This document shows positions 1-8,810 of a stretch of 64,000 nucleotides of DNA, piece after piece. Within the stretch, counting starts at the first letter, position 1; each line of letters begins with the position of its first letter. The notes under the pieces were generated by a model. It was not told the origin of the DNA. It saw only the letters and a list, made by a program, of their open reading frames with translations, and ran no database searches. Source of the stretch: a bacterium (GTDB lineage Bacteria > UBA8248). The stretch spans positions 1,136,009 through 1,200,008 of the forward strand of contig OZ244906.1 of assembly GCA_965221655.1 (NCBI GenBank). Reading direction: 5' to 3'. Both the position numbers and the translations under genes were made by a program.

Positions 1-383
1 GTGATTTCATGCAGCGCCTGGCTGCTGAATACCGCCGCATACGGCGCGTGGGGAAACGCGACGCTTCCCAAATCGTTCAGGTCTCCCCGCACGGGCAGAT
101 ACCTGCCCGGGTAGGCGCGCAGACGCTGCGCGGCCAGGTGCAGCATTTCTTCGGAACTATCGAGGCACGCCACCCGCGCGTGGGGAACGCGCTCGAAAAG
201 GAGGGCTTCCACCTGGCCCGAACCAGCGCCTAAATCCAGCATCCAGCCCCGCTCGGGAGCCGCGCCTTCGAGCAGGGTGATGAGCAAATCGAGCTGGTTC
301 GCGCGATCGGGGTTGTCGCGCACCGCGTTCGCCGCGTCCCACTCCCGCGCGAAGTCCCTCTCTGCCCAGGCGTCTTGCGCCAT
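1..383 (-). CDS. class I SAM-dependent methyltransferase (N-terminal ~127 aa; gene continues beyond window start)
   Basis: Reverse-strand translation from ATG at 383..381 gives MAQDAWAERDFAREWDAANAVRDNPDRANQLDLLITLLEGAAPERGWMLDLGAGSGQ... with the LDLGAGSG SAM-binding motif I. Its ATG overlaps the TGA of the upstream PrpD-family gene (TGATG). The ORF is absent from the supplied track because it has no stop inside the window. Confidence 0.6.
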   Translation of the reverse strand, partial: MAQDAWAERDFAREWDAANAVRDNPDRANQLDLLITLLEGAAPERGWMLDLGAGSGQVEALLFERVPHARVACLDSSEEMLHLAAQRLRAYPGRYLPVRGDLNDLGSVAFPHAPYAAVFSSQALHEI

Positions 384-1759
384 CAGGGCTCCACGCACGC
401 GCGCACGAGGGCGCTTGCGTCCGGAGCCTCCTCAAAGCCCAAAACAGCCTCCACGGCGGCGTCGACGCCGCTCTCGGGCAGAACGCGCAGGGCGTTCGCG
501 CGAAACTTCGCCTCCACGTCCTCCCACTCCATCGGATTTTCGGGGTTTCCCCAGTTGATGGGTTCTTCGCGTGTGAGCACGCGCCCGTCGTCGAGCACAA
601 TCTTCACCCCGCCGTGCAGATACCGGGGAAAGCGCTCCGAATCCACGCCCGTACACCGCACCTTGCCCGCGAGTTCGAGCACCCGCGCGTCGCCGAGGCG
701 CTCTTCCTCAAAGTCATCGAGAGTGGTTTCGCCCCGCACCACGTTCACCGCCAGGCAATAGGGCAAGCTGAACAACGCCCCATACGGCGTGTTCGGCCTC
801 CTCTTGTGCTCGATGGGCTCGCACACGATGGGGAGAATCGGCTCGGGCGTGATGGTCTCGACCTCCACGATTTCTTCAGGGGCTATCCCCGCTTCGCGCA
901 CGAGGTTTTTTGCCGCGTCCATCGTCGCGTGGCTGAAGTGACAGCACGGGTAGGGCTTGAACGAGATGCGCAGCGTCTCCCAGCGCTCCCCCAAACCGCC
1001 CGCCAGAATTTCGGGGTCGTAGGAGGGATCGCTGAGATGCGTGGCGTACAGACCGAACCTGCCCTCGAAAACTTTTCTGGGGCCGAGGAAGCCGTGGCCC
1101 GCCATTTGCGCCGCGGTCACGCCCGCGTGCGAAGCCCAGCCCGGGTGAAATCGCTTGACCCAACTGCCGTCGTCGAGAAACTCCTGTATCCCCGCCGCCT
1201 GGCTCCCGCACACCCCGAAGGCGTGGGCGAGCACTTCGGGAGACTGCCGCATCAGGTTCCCCACAACGGCCGCTGCCCCGAAGGCGCCGCATATCGGCGT
1301 GGGGTGGTAGCCCGCAGCGTGGAACGCCCCCGGCACGGCGCCGCCCACGCGGGCGATGACCTCATAGCCCGCCACCATCGCCGCGAGAATCTCGCGCCCG
1401 CTCGCACCGGCCGCCTCCCCTGCGGCCAGGGCCGTGGGCACAACGCAGGCACTCATGTGGGTAATCGAATCCGTGTGCGTGTCGTCAAAATCGAGGCCGT
1501 GCACGTAGCTTCCGTTCACCATGGCGGCGTGGGCGGTCGGCAGCTTGTCGCCGTGGCGCCAGACGGTGGCCTGGGGGTGGCCGCCCCAATCGCGCGCGGT
1601 GTTCCTCACCGCATCGGCGTAGGGCTCGCGCGTGGCGGCGAGGCCGATGCCCAGGGCGTCGAGCAGATGGTGTCTTGCTCTTTCGAGCACCTGGCCGGGA
1701 ACGTCCTCCCACGAGAGGTGTGCAGCGAAGTGCGCGAGTTTGTCGCTCATCGTCTCCAT
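383..1759 (-). CDS. MmgE/PrpD family protein (2-methylcitrate dehydratase-like), paralog 1
   Basis: 458-aa ORF. N-terminal LAHFAAHLSWEDVP...ARHHLLDALG is typical of the PrpD/MmgE family. Length is typical (~450-480 aa). Confidence 0.85.
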   Translation of the reverse strand: METMSDKLAHFAAHLSWEDVPGQVLERARHHLLDALGIGLAATREPYADAVRNTARDWGGHPQATVWRHGDKLPTAHAAMVNGSYVHGLDFDDTHTDSITHMSACVVPTALAAGEAAGASGREILAAMVAGYEVIARVGGAVPGAFHAAGYHPTPICGAFGAAAVVGNLMRQSPEVLAHAFGVCGSQAAGIQEFLDDGSWVKRFHPGWASHAGVTAAQMAGHGFLGPRKVFEGRFGLYATHLSDPSYDPEILAGGLGERWETLRISFKPYPCCHFSHATMDAAKNLVREAGIAPEEIVEVETITPEPILPIVCEPIEHKRRPNTPYGALFSLPYCLAVNVVRGETTLDDFEEERLGDARVLELAGKVRCTGVDSERFPRYLHGGVKIVLDDGRVLTREEPINWGNPENPMEWEDVEAKFRANALRVLPESGVDAAVEAVLGFEEAPDASALVRACVEP

Positions 1760-1781
1760 GTTCGTCTCCTTCTCTAGCGCT

Positions 1782-3149
1782 TCAGGCCAGGTGCGTCACC
1801 ACGGAGGCCGCCGTCTCCAGTCGATCCAGCTCCGAGGCCGCCGCGACGAGCGCGTCCTGGGCTTGGGGAGAAACGACGCCGCCCGTAATCTGCCGAAACT
1901 TGCTTGCGACCATATCGAAGTCCATCGGATTTTGGGGCGAACCCTTAGGTCCTGCGACGCGGCTTTCGAGCGTGCGCCCGTCGCGTGTGCGAATCGCCAC
2001 CCTGGCGGGAAAGGTGTGGGGATACAATTGCTCGATTTCGGGGTCGACCGTAAAGCGCGCCCGCCGCGCAAGGGCGACCAGCGCGGGGTCGGCAATGCGC
2101 GCGGGGGCGAACTGCGCGGGTCCGGCCTCTCCGTCGGTCAGCGCGACCGCCGCGCAATACTCGATGTTCATCTGCGCGCGCAGCGGACTCACCGGCTCGT
2201 AGGGCCACGAGCACTGCTGCTTCACCACGCTGTGGTTCATGATCTCCATCTCACGCACCTCCTCAGGCGCGATGCCGTGTGCGGAGCGCAAGGCCAAAAC
2301 AGCGTCGATGGTCGAATGGGTGCTCCCGCAACAGCAATAGGGCTTGAAGGAAACCGCACCCGCCTCCCAGTGCGCGCCCAGGTCTTCCGTCAGGCGCGCG
2401 GGATCGCCGCCGCCGTCGCCGAACGCGCCTATAAAGCCCCCGTCCCCGTACTCGAAAATCTCGGTGGGGCCGGTGTAGCCCGCCCGCGCTAGGGCGGCGG
2501 CCATGAGGCCGCTCTGCGCCGCGCGGCCCGCATGAAAGCGCTTCGTCTCCGAACCATCGCACTGAAACGCCCACGTGCCCGCCCCCTGCGTGCCCGCCAA
2601 CCCCAGGGCGTTGGCCGTCTCCTCGGACGTCAGGCCCATCAGGCGCGCCGCCGCGGCAGCAGCGCCGAAAGGCCCGCACAGGCCCGTGAGATGAAATCCG
2701 CGTCTGCGCACCGCCAGGGAGCCGGCGGCCAGGCTCGCGCGTATCATGGTCTCATACCCCACCGCGCAGGCGGTCAGGAACTCCTCCCCGCCCGCCCCCG
2801 TCTTCTCGGCGAGAGGGAAGGCTGCGGCGAAGACGACTGCTCCGGGGTGGAGCTTGGCGCCGCTGTGGTAGTCGTCGAGCTCGAATGCGTGCATCCGGGT
2901 GCCGAGACAAAGCGCAACCGGCCCCACCGGCCCCCGCCAGGCGTCTTTCCACAAAGTCGCCTCGCGGGCGCCGCCCTGTTCCCGGACGAAGCGCGCGAGA
3001 ATCCGCCCCGACTCCGTGGTCCCCCCGTGCAGGCCGCAGCCCAGGGCGTCCAGAAAGTATTTGCGCAGCGAGGAGCGCACCCCGTCCGGCAGGTCGCTCC
3101 ACGACGCCTCGCTGACGAAGCGGGCAAGTGCGCGCGTGTGGCCGCTCAT
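1782..3149 (-). CDS. MmgE/PrpD family protein, paralog 2
   Basis: About 455 aa, MSGHTRALARFVSEASWSDLPDGVRSSLRKYFLDALGCGL..., clearly paralogous to the previous ORF. I place the start at ATG 3149, which is preceded by GGGGGAGGGAG. GTG 3164, overlapping the upstream TGA, is an alternative. Confidence 0.8.
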   Translation of the reverse strand: MSGHTRALARFVSEASWSDLPDGVRSSLRKYFLDALGCGLHGGTTESGRILARFVREQGGAREATLWKDAWRGPVGPVALCLGTRMHAFELDDYHSGAKLHPGAVVFAAAFPLAEKTGAGGEEFLTACAVGYETMIRASLAAGSLAVRRRGFHLTGLCGPFGAAAAAARLMGLTSEETANALGLAGTQGAGTWAFQCDGSETKRFHAGRAAQSGLMAAALARAGYTGPTEIFEYGDGGFIGAFGDGGGDPARLTEDLGAHWEAGAVSFKPYCCCGSTHSTIDAVLALRSAHGIAPEEVREMEIMNHSVVKQQCSWPYEPVSPLRAQMNIEYCAAVALTDGEAGPAQFAPARIADPALVALARRARFTVDPEIEQLYPHTFPARVAIRTRDGRTLESRVAGPKGSPQNPMDFDMVASKFRQITGGVVSPQAQDALVAAASELDRLETAASVVTHLA

Positions 3150-3160
3150 CTCCCTCCCCC

Positions 3161-4036
3161 TCACTCACGAGGCAGATACGTCGCCTCTATCGCGTGGTAG
3201 GCGTCGTAGTCGAGAAGCTCGTAGAGTTCTTTTCTCGTCATCATGTTGTCCAGGTAGTGGCCCATCGTGCCTTTGGCCCTCAGCTCTTCGAGCAGCAACT
3301 CGCCCGCCTTGAGCATCGCGCGCATGACGCTCACCGGAAACAGCACGAGCTTGTAACCCATCTCCTCAAACGCGGACTTCGGGATGTGGGGCGTCTTACC
3401 GAACTCCGTCATGTTGGCGAGCAGCGGCCCCGGGCAACGCTCGGCGTATTCTGCAAATTCATCGCGCGTCTCGAGTGCTTCGATGAAAATCACGTCGGCC
3501 CCCGCCTCGCGCGCGGCCTGACCCCGCTCGACAGCCTCCTCCATGCCGTGGACGTACTTGGCGTCGATACGCGCCATGACGGCGAAGTCCGGGTCCGTAC
3601 GATGGGCCACGGCGGCGCGAATCTTGCCCACGAACTCCGCGCGGCTTACCACCTGCTTGCCGTCGAGGTGGCCGCACCGCTTGGGCAACACCTGATCCTC
3701 GAGCTGGATACACGCCACGCCCGCCCGCTCGAAGTCGCGCACCGTGCGCACGACGTTCACCGCGTTGCCGTAGCCCGTGTCGGCGTCCACCACGAGGGGG
3801 ATGTCCACGGCGTCGGCCATGTAGCGCGCGTTCATCACCACCTCGCTCACCGAAGCCAGGCCGTTGTCGGGCAGCCCCGTGAGGGCGTTCGCCACCCCCG
3901 CCCCCGACATGTAGACGGCCTCGAAGCCCTTCGAGGCAATGAGGCGCGCCGTGAGCGCGTCGTGCGCACCGGGGACGATGGTCGCCCCCGGGCGTTCGAG
4001 AATGCGCCTGAATTTCTTTCGCACCGAATCCGCCAT
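3161..4036 (-). CDS. isocitrate lyase/PEP mutase family protein, 2-methylisocitrate lyase-like (PrpB-like)
   Basis: MADSVRKKFRRILERPGATIVPGAHDALTARLIASKGFEAVYMSGAGVA...CIQLEDQVLPKRCGHLDGK: the ICL/PEPM fold with the KRCGH catalytic loop. RBS GAAGGAAAG sits ahead of ATG 4036. The track's TTG 4063 extension is less likely. Confidence 0.8.
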   Translation of the reverse strand: MADSVRKKFRRILERPGATIVPGAHDALTARLIASKGFEAVYMSGAGVANALTGLPDNGLASVSEVVMNARYMADAVDIPLVVDADTGYGNAVNVVRTVRDFERAGVACIQLEDQVLPKRCGHLDGKQVVSRAEFVGKIRAAVAHRTDPDFAVMARIDAKYVHGMEEAVERGQAAREAGADVIFIEALETRDEFAEYAERCPGPLLANMTEFGKTPHIPKSAFEEMGYKLVLFPVSVMRAMLKAGELLLEELRAKGTMGHYLDNMMTRKELYELLDYDAYHAIEATYLPRE

Positions 4037-4065
4037 GCCGTCTTTCCTTCTTCCCTGTGCCAACC

Positions 4066-4120
4066 TTTGCGCCGGCGCGCGCTTTTTTCTGCATTCGGGC
4101 GCAAAGTCCGTTTTGCGCCA
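4066..4120. promoter_or_regulatory. candidate operator: TTTGCGCC (4066-4073), palindrome GCGCCGGCGC (4069-4078) + T6, then GGCGCAAA-N6-TTTGCGCC inverted repeat (4098-4119)
   Basis: Read directly in the divergent intergenic region between the prpB-like operon start (4036, minus) and the TPR gene promoter (plus). 8-bp arms. Confidence 0.35.
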
Positions 4121-4223
4121 CCCCTGCTTTCCGGAGGACGCCGCCCCCGCGCCCCGTTCGCTGAAGCCTCATTATTTTTCCACACCCGCCGCAGGTTTCG
4201 CCAGGGCCGCAGAGGATTTCGTC

Positions 4224-4254
4224 TTGACAGACGGGCGGCGAGAGGTGGCATAAT
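4224..4254 (+). promoter_or_regulatory. sigma70-like promoter: -35 TTGACA (4224-4229), extended -10 TGGCATAAT (4246-4254)
   Basis: Consensus -35 hexamer, 19-nt spacer, TGn-extended -10. Positioned to drive the TPR gene. Confidence 0.5.
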
Positions 4255-4292
4255 TCGCATTGCCAGCCTACGAGGGAAAGCGGGTCCTAAAG

Positions 4293-4826
4293 ATGAACGA
4301 ATTCGAAAGCGTGAACTTCGACGAGAAATACAAGGACGAGGCGCGGGTGAACCCCGACCTCAAGCGCGCCCTCGAACTACTGGGCAAGGGCGACCTCGCC
4401 CACGCCCAGGGAGACCTGGAGCAGGCCATCGAGTTGTATCGCAACTCCATCGCCTACTACCCCACGGCGGACGCCCACACCTATCTGGGCTGGATGTACA
4501 GCAAGCAGGGCCGCCTGGAGGAAGCCATCGAGGAGTGCCACATCGCCATTGAGGTCGATGAGGAATTTGGCAACCCCTACAACGACATCGGCTGCTATCT
4601 CATGCAGTTGGGCGAACTCGACGAGGCCGCCGAATGGCTCGAGAAGGCGAAGTCCGCCCGCCGGTACGAACCGCGCCATTTCCCCTACGTGAACCTGGTG
4701 CGCATCTACCTGAAAAAAGGAGAATACGGCAAGGCGCAAGGGGAAATGTACGAGGCAATAAAGATCGCGCCTGAGGCCAAAAACCTCAAGAAAGACTTTC
4801 TCGAACTCGTCTCGCTGCTGAACTGA
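4293..4826 (+). CDS. tetratricopeptide repeat (TPR) protein
   Basis: MNEFESVNFDEKYKDEARVNPDLKRALELLGKGDLAHAQGDLEQAIELYRNSIAYYPTADAHTYLGWMYSKQGRLEEAIEE...: repeated 34-aa TPR-like units with W/Y-LG-xxY signatures. Start is either ATG 4293 or the track's TTG 4260. Confidence 0.6.
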   Translation: MNEFESVNFDEKYKDEARVNPDLKRALELLGKGDLAHAQGDLEQAIELYRNSIAYYPTADAHTYLGWMYSKQGRLEEAIEECHIAIEVDEEFGNPYNDIGCYLMQLGELDEAAEWLEKAKSARRYEPRHFPYVNLVRIYLKKGEYGKAQGEMYEAIKIAPEAKNLKKDFLELVSLLN

Positions 4827-4886
4827 CGCCCCCGGCGGCACACGCACCTGGAGCTGTTCTTCCAGCCGTATTTTCGCGTCCGTGCC

Positions 4887-5339
4887 CTACTTCGGGATGG
4901 CGTCGCGCTGGTCTTCTTCCATCCACTCTTCTTCGACGTAGATCGTCCGGGCGGCGTCGCGGTTCGGGCAATTCCCGTAGGTGAAGACGAGTTCGGCGTC
5001 GTCGGTCTCGCTCGGGTTGAAGAGGCCGTGAATCTCCCCCGCCGCGCAGTAGACGAACGTGCCCGTCGGCACGACGTGCTCTTCTTTCTCCTCGCCCATC
5101 CAGACGATAATCGGGCCCTTCACGATGTAGAACGTCGCGTCGCAGACGTGGTAGTGCCTCTGGTTCCGACCCTGGGGCGGAATGATGGTGCGCCCCATGG
5201 TGATGGTGCGCGTGCCCGTGGCATTGCTGTCCACGCCCCACGCGATGATGAGGGGCGGCTCGTATTTCTTGTCGACGCCGATGGCGGTGGAATCGATGAG
5301 ACACCAGCGCTGCTTCGTGGGTGCGGTCAAAGCGGACAT
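4887..5339 (-). CDS. cupin domain-containing protein
   Basis: 150 aa; the small beta-barrel motif HYHVCDATFYIVKGP...GEIHGLFN is cupin-like. Confidence 0.55.
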   Translation of the reverse strand: MSALTAPTKQRWCLIDSTAIGVDKKYEPPLIIAWGVDSNATGTRTITMGRTIIPPQGRNQRHYHVCDATFYIVKGPIIVWMGEEKEEHVVPTGTFVYCAAGEIHGLFNPSETDDAELVFTYGNCPNRDAARTIYVEEEWMEEDQRDAIPK

Positions 5340-5449
5340 GGAAACTCCTTTTCGTTGGAAGCGACGGCGAACATCTCGCCCTCTTGAAGATTCCGTAATC
5401 TAGTCGTTCGCATTCCGAATCGCAAGGGCGGACGCAGGCGGGTGCAGCC

Positions 5450-6463
5450 TCACGCTTCGAGGAACGTCTGTACCTCGCGCAACAACTCCGCCCTGCGCTT
5501 TTCCAGCTCCATGAAGTGCGTACCCTCGCCGATGACGACGTAGCGCTTGCCCCGGCTGTTGCGCAGGGCGCGATACAGCCCCCAGGCTTCAGGGTCGGCG
5601 GAAGCGCCGTCCTGATCCCCGCGGATGAGGAGAACGGGGCACGCAATCTTGACCGCGTCGTAGAGAGGCCTGTTTCTCGCCCTGTCGTACAAGTCCAGCA
5701 GGGAGCCGTTCGCCAGCCGAAAAACAGGCGTTCGGCGCCGCGCCCCCTCGGGGTCGTAGCGCAGAAGTTGCTGAAAATACGCCCGCACCACCCTTGGCTC
5801 ACGCCACCTGTGGTGCGCCTCTCCGGGAATGTGGCCCCACCATCGCTGGTGCACGTCTTTCTCGGTACACCACGACCACGCTCCCCGCCTGGCGTCGAAC
5901 GCACCCGGCCTTGCGGGGTCTTCCATCCGCCTTGCGCGCACGGGGTCGTCGTAGGCGTAGTAGGGCGCGTAGAGAACGAGCCTGTGCACGCGCGCAGGGT
6001 TTTGGGCGGCATAGGCGGGCGCTGTCGTCGTCCCCCATGAGCGGCCCAGGAGGGCGACGCTGCTCACTCCTCTCTGCTCACAGACGAAATCCACCGCCGC
6101 CTGCACGTCGCGCACGGCCACGCTGCCCGGCACGGCGGGGGGCTTTCCGCGGGGGTTGGCACACATCTCGGGCGGGCGGGTCGATTCGCCAAAACCCCGA
6201 ATCGAAAGGGCAAAGACGTCGAACCCGCGCGAGGCGACGAAATCCATCCACGAATAGCCGGGAACGGGAAGGTCGTAGGCCACGGGGCCGGGCGCCATGC
6301 GTCCGTGCACCATCAGCAGCGTGGCGCGCTCCCCGAATTTCGTTTTCCCGCGGGGGCGCTTTTCGCGCAGGTGCAGCCGTATGCCGGCATCAGGTGCGTC
6401 GACGTAGTGGTCGATGCACTCCACGCCCCCCGAAGCGACGCTCGCCCGACGCACGGCGCGCAC
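5450..6463 (-). CDS. alpha/beta fold hydrolase
   Basis: 337 aa; nucleophile-elbow GRSWG (G-x-S-x-G) in LLGRSWGTTTAPAYAAQNP, preceded by MVHGRMAPGP. Confidence 0.7.
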   Translation of the reverse strand: MRAVRRASVASGGVECIDHYVDAPDAGIRLHLREKRPRGKTKFGERATLLMVHGRMAPGPVAYDLPVPGYSWMDFVASRGFDVFALSIRGFGESTRPPEMCANPRGKPPAVPGSVAVRDVQAAVDFVCEQRGVSSVALLGRSWGTTTAPAYAAQNPARVHRLVLYAPYYAYDDPVRARRMEDPARPGAFDARRGAWSWCTEKDVHQRWWGHIPGEAHHRWREPRVVRAYFQQLLRYDPEGARRRTPVFRLANGSLLDLYDRARNRPLYDAVKIACPVLLIRGDQDGASADPEAWGLYRALRNSRGKRYVVIGEGTHFMELEKRRAELLREVQTFLEA

Positions 6464-6475
6464 CCTTGCTTTCTC

Positions 6476-7417
6476 CTAATCCTTCAGGTGCGAATAGTCT
6501 CGCTGATAATCAGGTGGCAGCGCACCCCCCTGGCCCTGCACGACGTGGAGCTTGCCCCAGCCGCGGCCTGTGTTTCTGAAGCCGCGCTGCACCCCTGCGG
6601 GCACCCAGCACATGTCCCAGGGTTCGAGCGTCTCCTGAAACGCGTTTCCGCGTTCATCGACCCAGAACATCGTCCACCGCTCCTCGAGCGGCATGAATAC
6701 TTCTTCCAGATCGGGATGATCATGGAGGGGCGCACCCGACCCCACCCGGTTTTCGTTGATAACGAAGGAGACCTGCCCCTCCGGCAGCGCGGGAGGCGGG
6801 CCGACGCCCTCGAGCTCGCCGCCCACGTGGCCCACGTAGCGCCGAATGCCCCGCACGCCCTCGGGCAGCGAGGCTTCGTGGTAGACCTGAAAATTCATGG
6901 GGCACGCATCGTAGCGCACCACCTGGGTGCGGGGGTCGACGAAAGCGGCGTCTGCACTCTCGGCCTCCTCTCCGGCAAAAATCGGCGGGGCGTACGCGCC
7001 GTCTCCGTGGATGTAGTAGAGAAACCCATCCTCCTCACCTGAATTTTTGTAGCCCCGCATGACGCCCGGCGGCATGCGCACGGCGTCGTAGCGCCCCAGT
7101 TCCACGCTCTCGACCCCGCCGCTGTGCGGATCGCGCCAAAAGACCTCGAACGCGCCCTCCCAAACCATGAAAATCTCTTCAAAATCGTGCGCGTGGAGCG
7201 GAGCGCCGTTTCCGGGAGGGGCCATCACGATTCCGTTGGCAAACTCCCAGCCGGGGAGTGCGGCTTTCGGCTCTCCCCCGGGCGGACCGCCGATATAGCG
7301 ATAGACCGCCCGGTGGTGGCCTTGCTCGCGCGCGTCGGGCGAGGATGCCCAGTCGGGCATGATTTCCGCGAAACGCACGATGGCGGGGGGCGTGGCCCTG
7401 GAAGTATAGGGAGTCAT
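6476..7417 (-). CDS. bicupin protein (two metal-binding cupin domains)
   Basis: Two copies of the canonical motif G(x)5HxH(x)3-4E(x)6G: GNGAPLHAHDFEEIFMVWEG and GSGAPLHDHPDLEEVFMPLEE. Confidence 0.7.
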   Translation of the reverse strand: MTPYTSRATPPAIVRFAEIMPDWASSPDAREQGHHRAVYRYIGGPPGGEPKAALPGWEFANGIVMAPPGNGAPLHAHDFEEIFMVWEGAFEVFWRDPHSGGVESVELGRYDAVRMPPGVMRGYKNSGEEDGFLYYIHGDGAYAPPIFAGEEAESADAAFVDPRTQVVRYDACPMNFQVYHEASLPEGVRGIRRYVGHVGGELEGVGPPPALPEGQVSFVINENRVGSGAPLHDHPDLEEVFMPLEERWTMFWVDERGNAFQETLEPWDMCWVPAGVQRGFRNTGRGWGKLHVVQGQGGALPPDYQRDYSHLKD

Positions 7418-7442
7418 TCTGGCGCACCTCGCAGGTTGGGGG

Positions 7443-8810
7443 TCAGGGAAGCGGCGCGTTTTGATAAAAGCCCTCCGCCCGATAGGCCTCGTCGAGCAGA
7501 ACGACGGGATGCGCTACCCGCAAGTCCATGCCGCGCTCGCGGGCGCCGAAGGCAATCTGAATCTGACACCCGGGGTTGCCCGTGCAAACCACAGGCGCGC
7601 CGGCGTCGCGGACGTGGCCCATCTTCCTGTCGAGCAGGCGCATGGAAATCTCGGTCTGTGTGAGGTTGTAGCTGCCCGCGGAGCCGCAACACCAGTCGCT
7701 CTCCTGCAAGGGCACCGTATCGAGATTCTTGATGGCGGAGAGCACGTCGAGCGGCTCGCGGCGCACCTTAAGGGCGTGGAAAAGATGGCAGGGATGGTGG
7801 TAGGCGACCTTCTGCGGAGCGGGGTGGGCCGCCTCCCGCACGCCGATGCGCGAGAGAAAGACGGTTACGTCCACCGCCTTTTCGCTGAACGCCCGGGCGC
7901 GAAGCGCATACTGCGGATCGCCGGCCAGCAGCTCCTGGTATTCGTGGAGCATGGCCCCGCAGCCCGAGACCGCCAGCACGACGGCGTCGAACCCGCCTGC
8001 GTCGATGGCGTCGAGGTTCTCGCGCGCCAGCGCGCGCGCCGTCTCCCTGTCGCCCGCGTGCGCCTGCAACGCGCCGCAACAGGTTTGGGCCGCGGGGAAG
8101 ACGACCCGCACCCCGTTCGCCGCCAGAACGCGCACGGCGGCGCGGTTCACGTCGCCGAAAAAGGTGGACTGGATGCACCCGCCAAAGAACGCGACGCGGT
8201 GTTTTTCCGCGCCGAGGGGCGCCACCTCGGGCGGGAGGGCCTGCATCGAGGAAAGAGGCGGGGCTTCAGGCATCATGGGTTCGAGAGCGGCCAGTTTTCG
8301 GGGCAACAGCCCCAGGCGCCGCACGAGGGCTCTCAAGGGCGTGGTCTGGTAGAGCCTGGTGGCCGCACCCGCCAGGTTCAGCAGCGCCCTGTTCGGCAAA
8401 AGGCCGCGAAAGAGGAACCTTCTGAGCATCCGCACCGCCAGAGGGCGATTTCGCACCTTCTCCAGCCCCTCGCGCGCCGCCTCTATCAGCGAGCCGTAGG
8501 GCACGCCCGAGGGGCACGACGTCTCGCACGCCCGGCAGTCGAGGCAGCGGTCGAGATGCTTGATGACGGACTCGTTGGGGGCCATCTCGCCGTCGGCCAC
8601 CATGCGCATGAGGTAGATTCTCCCCCGGGGGGAGTCCATCTCGTTGCCGAGCAGGGTGAAGGTCGGGCAACTCGTCGTGCAGAACCCGCAGTGGATGCAC
8701 CGCTGAATCATCCGCCTGTCGGGAGCCGTCGGGCCGACAAAGGGATTCTCGTATTCGGGAAATGCCTTGGCGAAGTCCACCTTTTCTTGGGTCGCCACGG
8801 GTCCCTCCAT
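7443..8810 (-). CDS. glcF: (Fe-S)-binding protein, glycolate oxidase iron-sulfur subunit GlcF-like
   Basis: Two 4Fe-4S motifs, CIHCGFCTTSCP and CLDCRACETSCP, then two Cys-rich CCG domains (...TCCGALQAH..., ...DWCCGSAGSYNL...). ATG 8810 overlaps the stop of the upstream gene. Confidence 0.8.
   Translation of the reverse strand: MEGPVATQEKVDFAKAFPEYENPFVGPTAPDRRMIQRCIHCGFCTTSCPTFTLLGNEMDSPRGRIYLMRMVADGEMAPNESVIKHLDRCLDCRACETSCPSGVPYGSLIEAAREGLEKVRNRPLAVRMLRRFLFRGLLPNRALLNLAGAATRLYQTTPLRALVRRLGLLPRKLAALEPMMPEAPPLSSMQALPPEVAPLGAEKHRVAFFGGCIQSTFFGDVNRAAVRVLAANGVRVVFPAAQTCCGALQAHAGDRETARALARENLDAIDAGGFDAVVLAVSGCGAMLHEYQELLAGDPQYALRARAFSEKAVDVTVFLSRIGVREAAHPAPQKVAYHHPCHLFHALKVRREPLDVLSAIKNLDTVPLQESDWCCGSAGSYNLTQTEISMRLLDRKMGHVRDAGAPVVCTGNPGCQIQIAFGARERGMDLRVAHPVVLLDEAYRAEGFYQNAPLP

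Noticed and set aside
614-1777. 387-aa plus-strand ORF, together with similar long ORFs at 7461-9173, 10080-11747, 20821-22782, 33209-35965, 55419-57200 and 60064-62889 (minus)
   Set aside because: All lie antisense to, or out of frame within, well-supported genes (PrpD, glcE/F, glcD, mgtE, YyaL, CaiB, coxL). Their translations are Arg/Pro/Gly-rich low-complexity strings typical of shadow ORFs in 69% GC DNA. None has an RBS.
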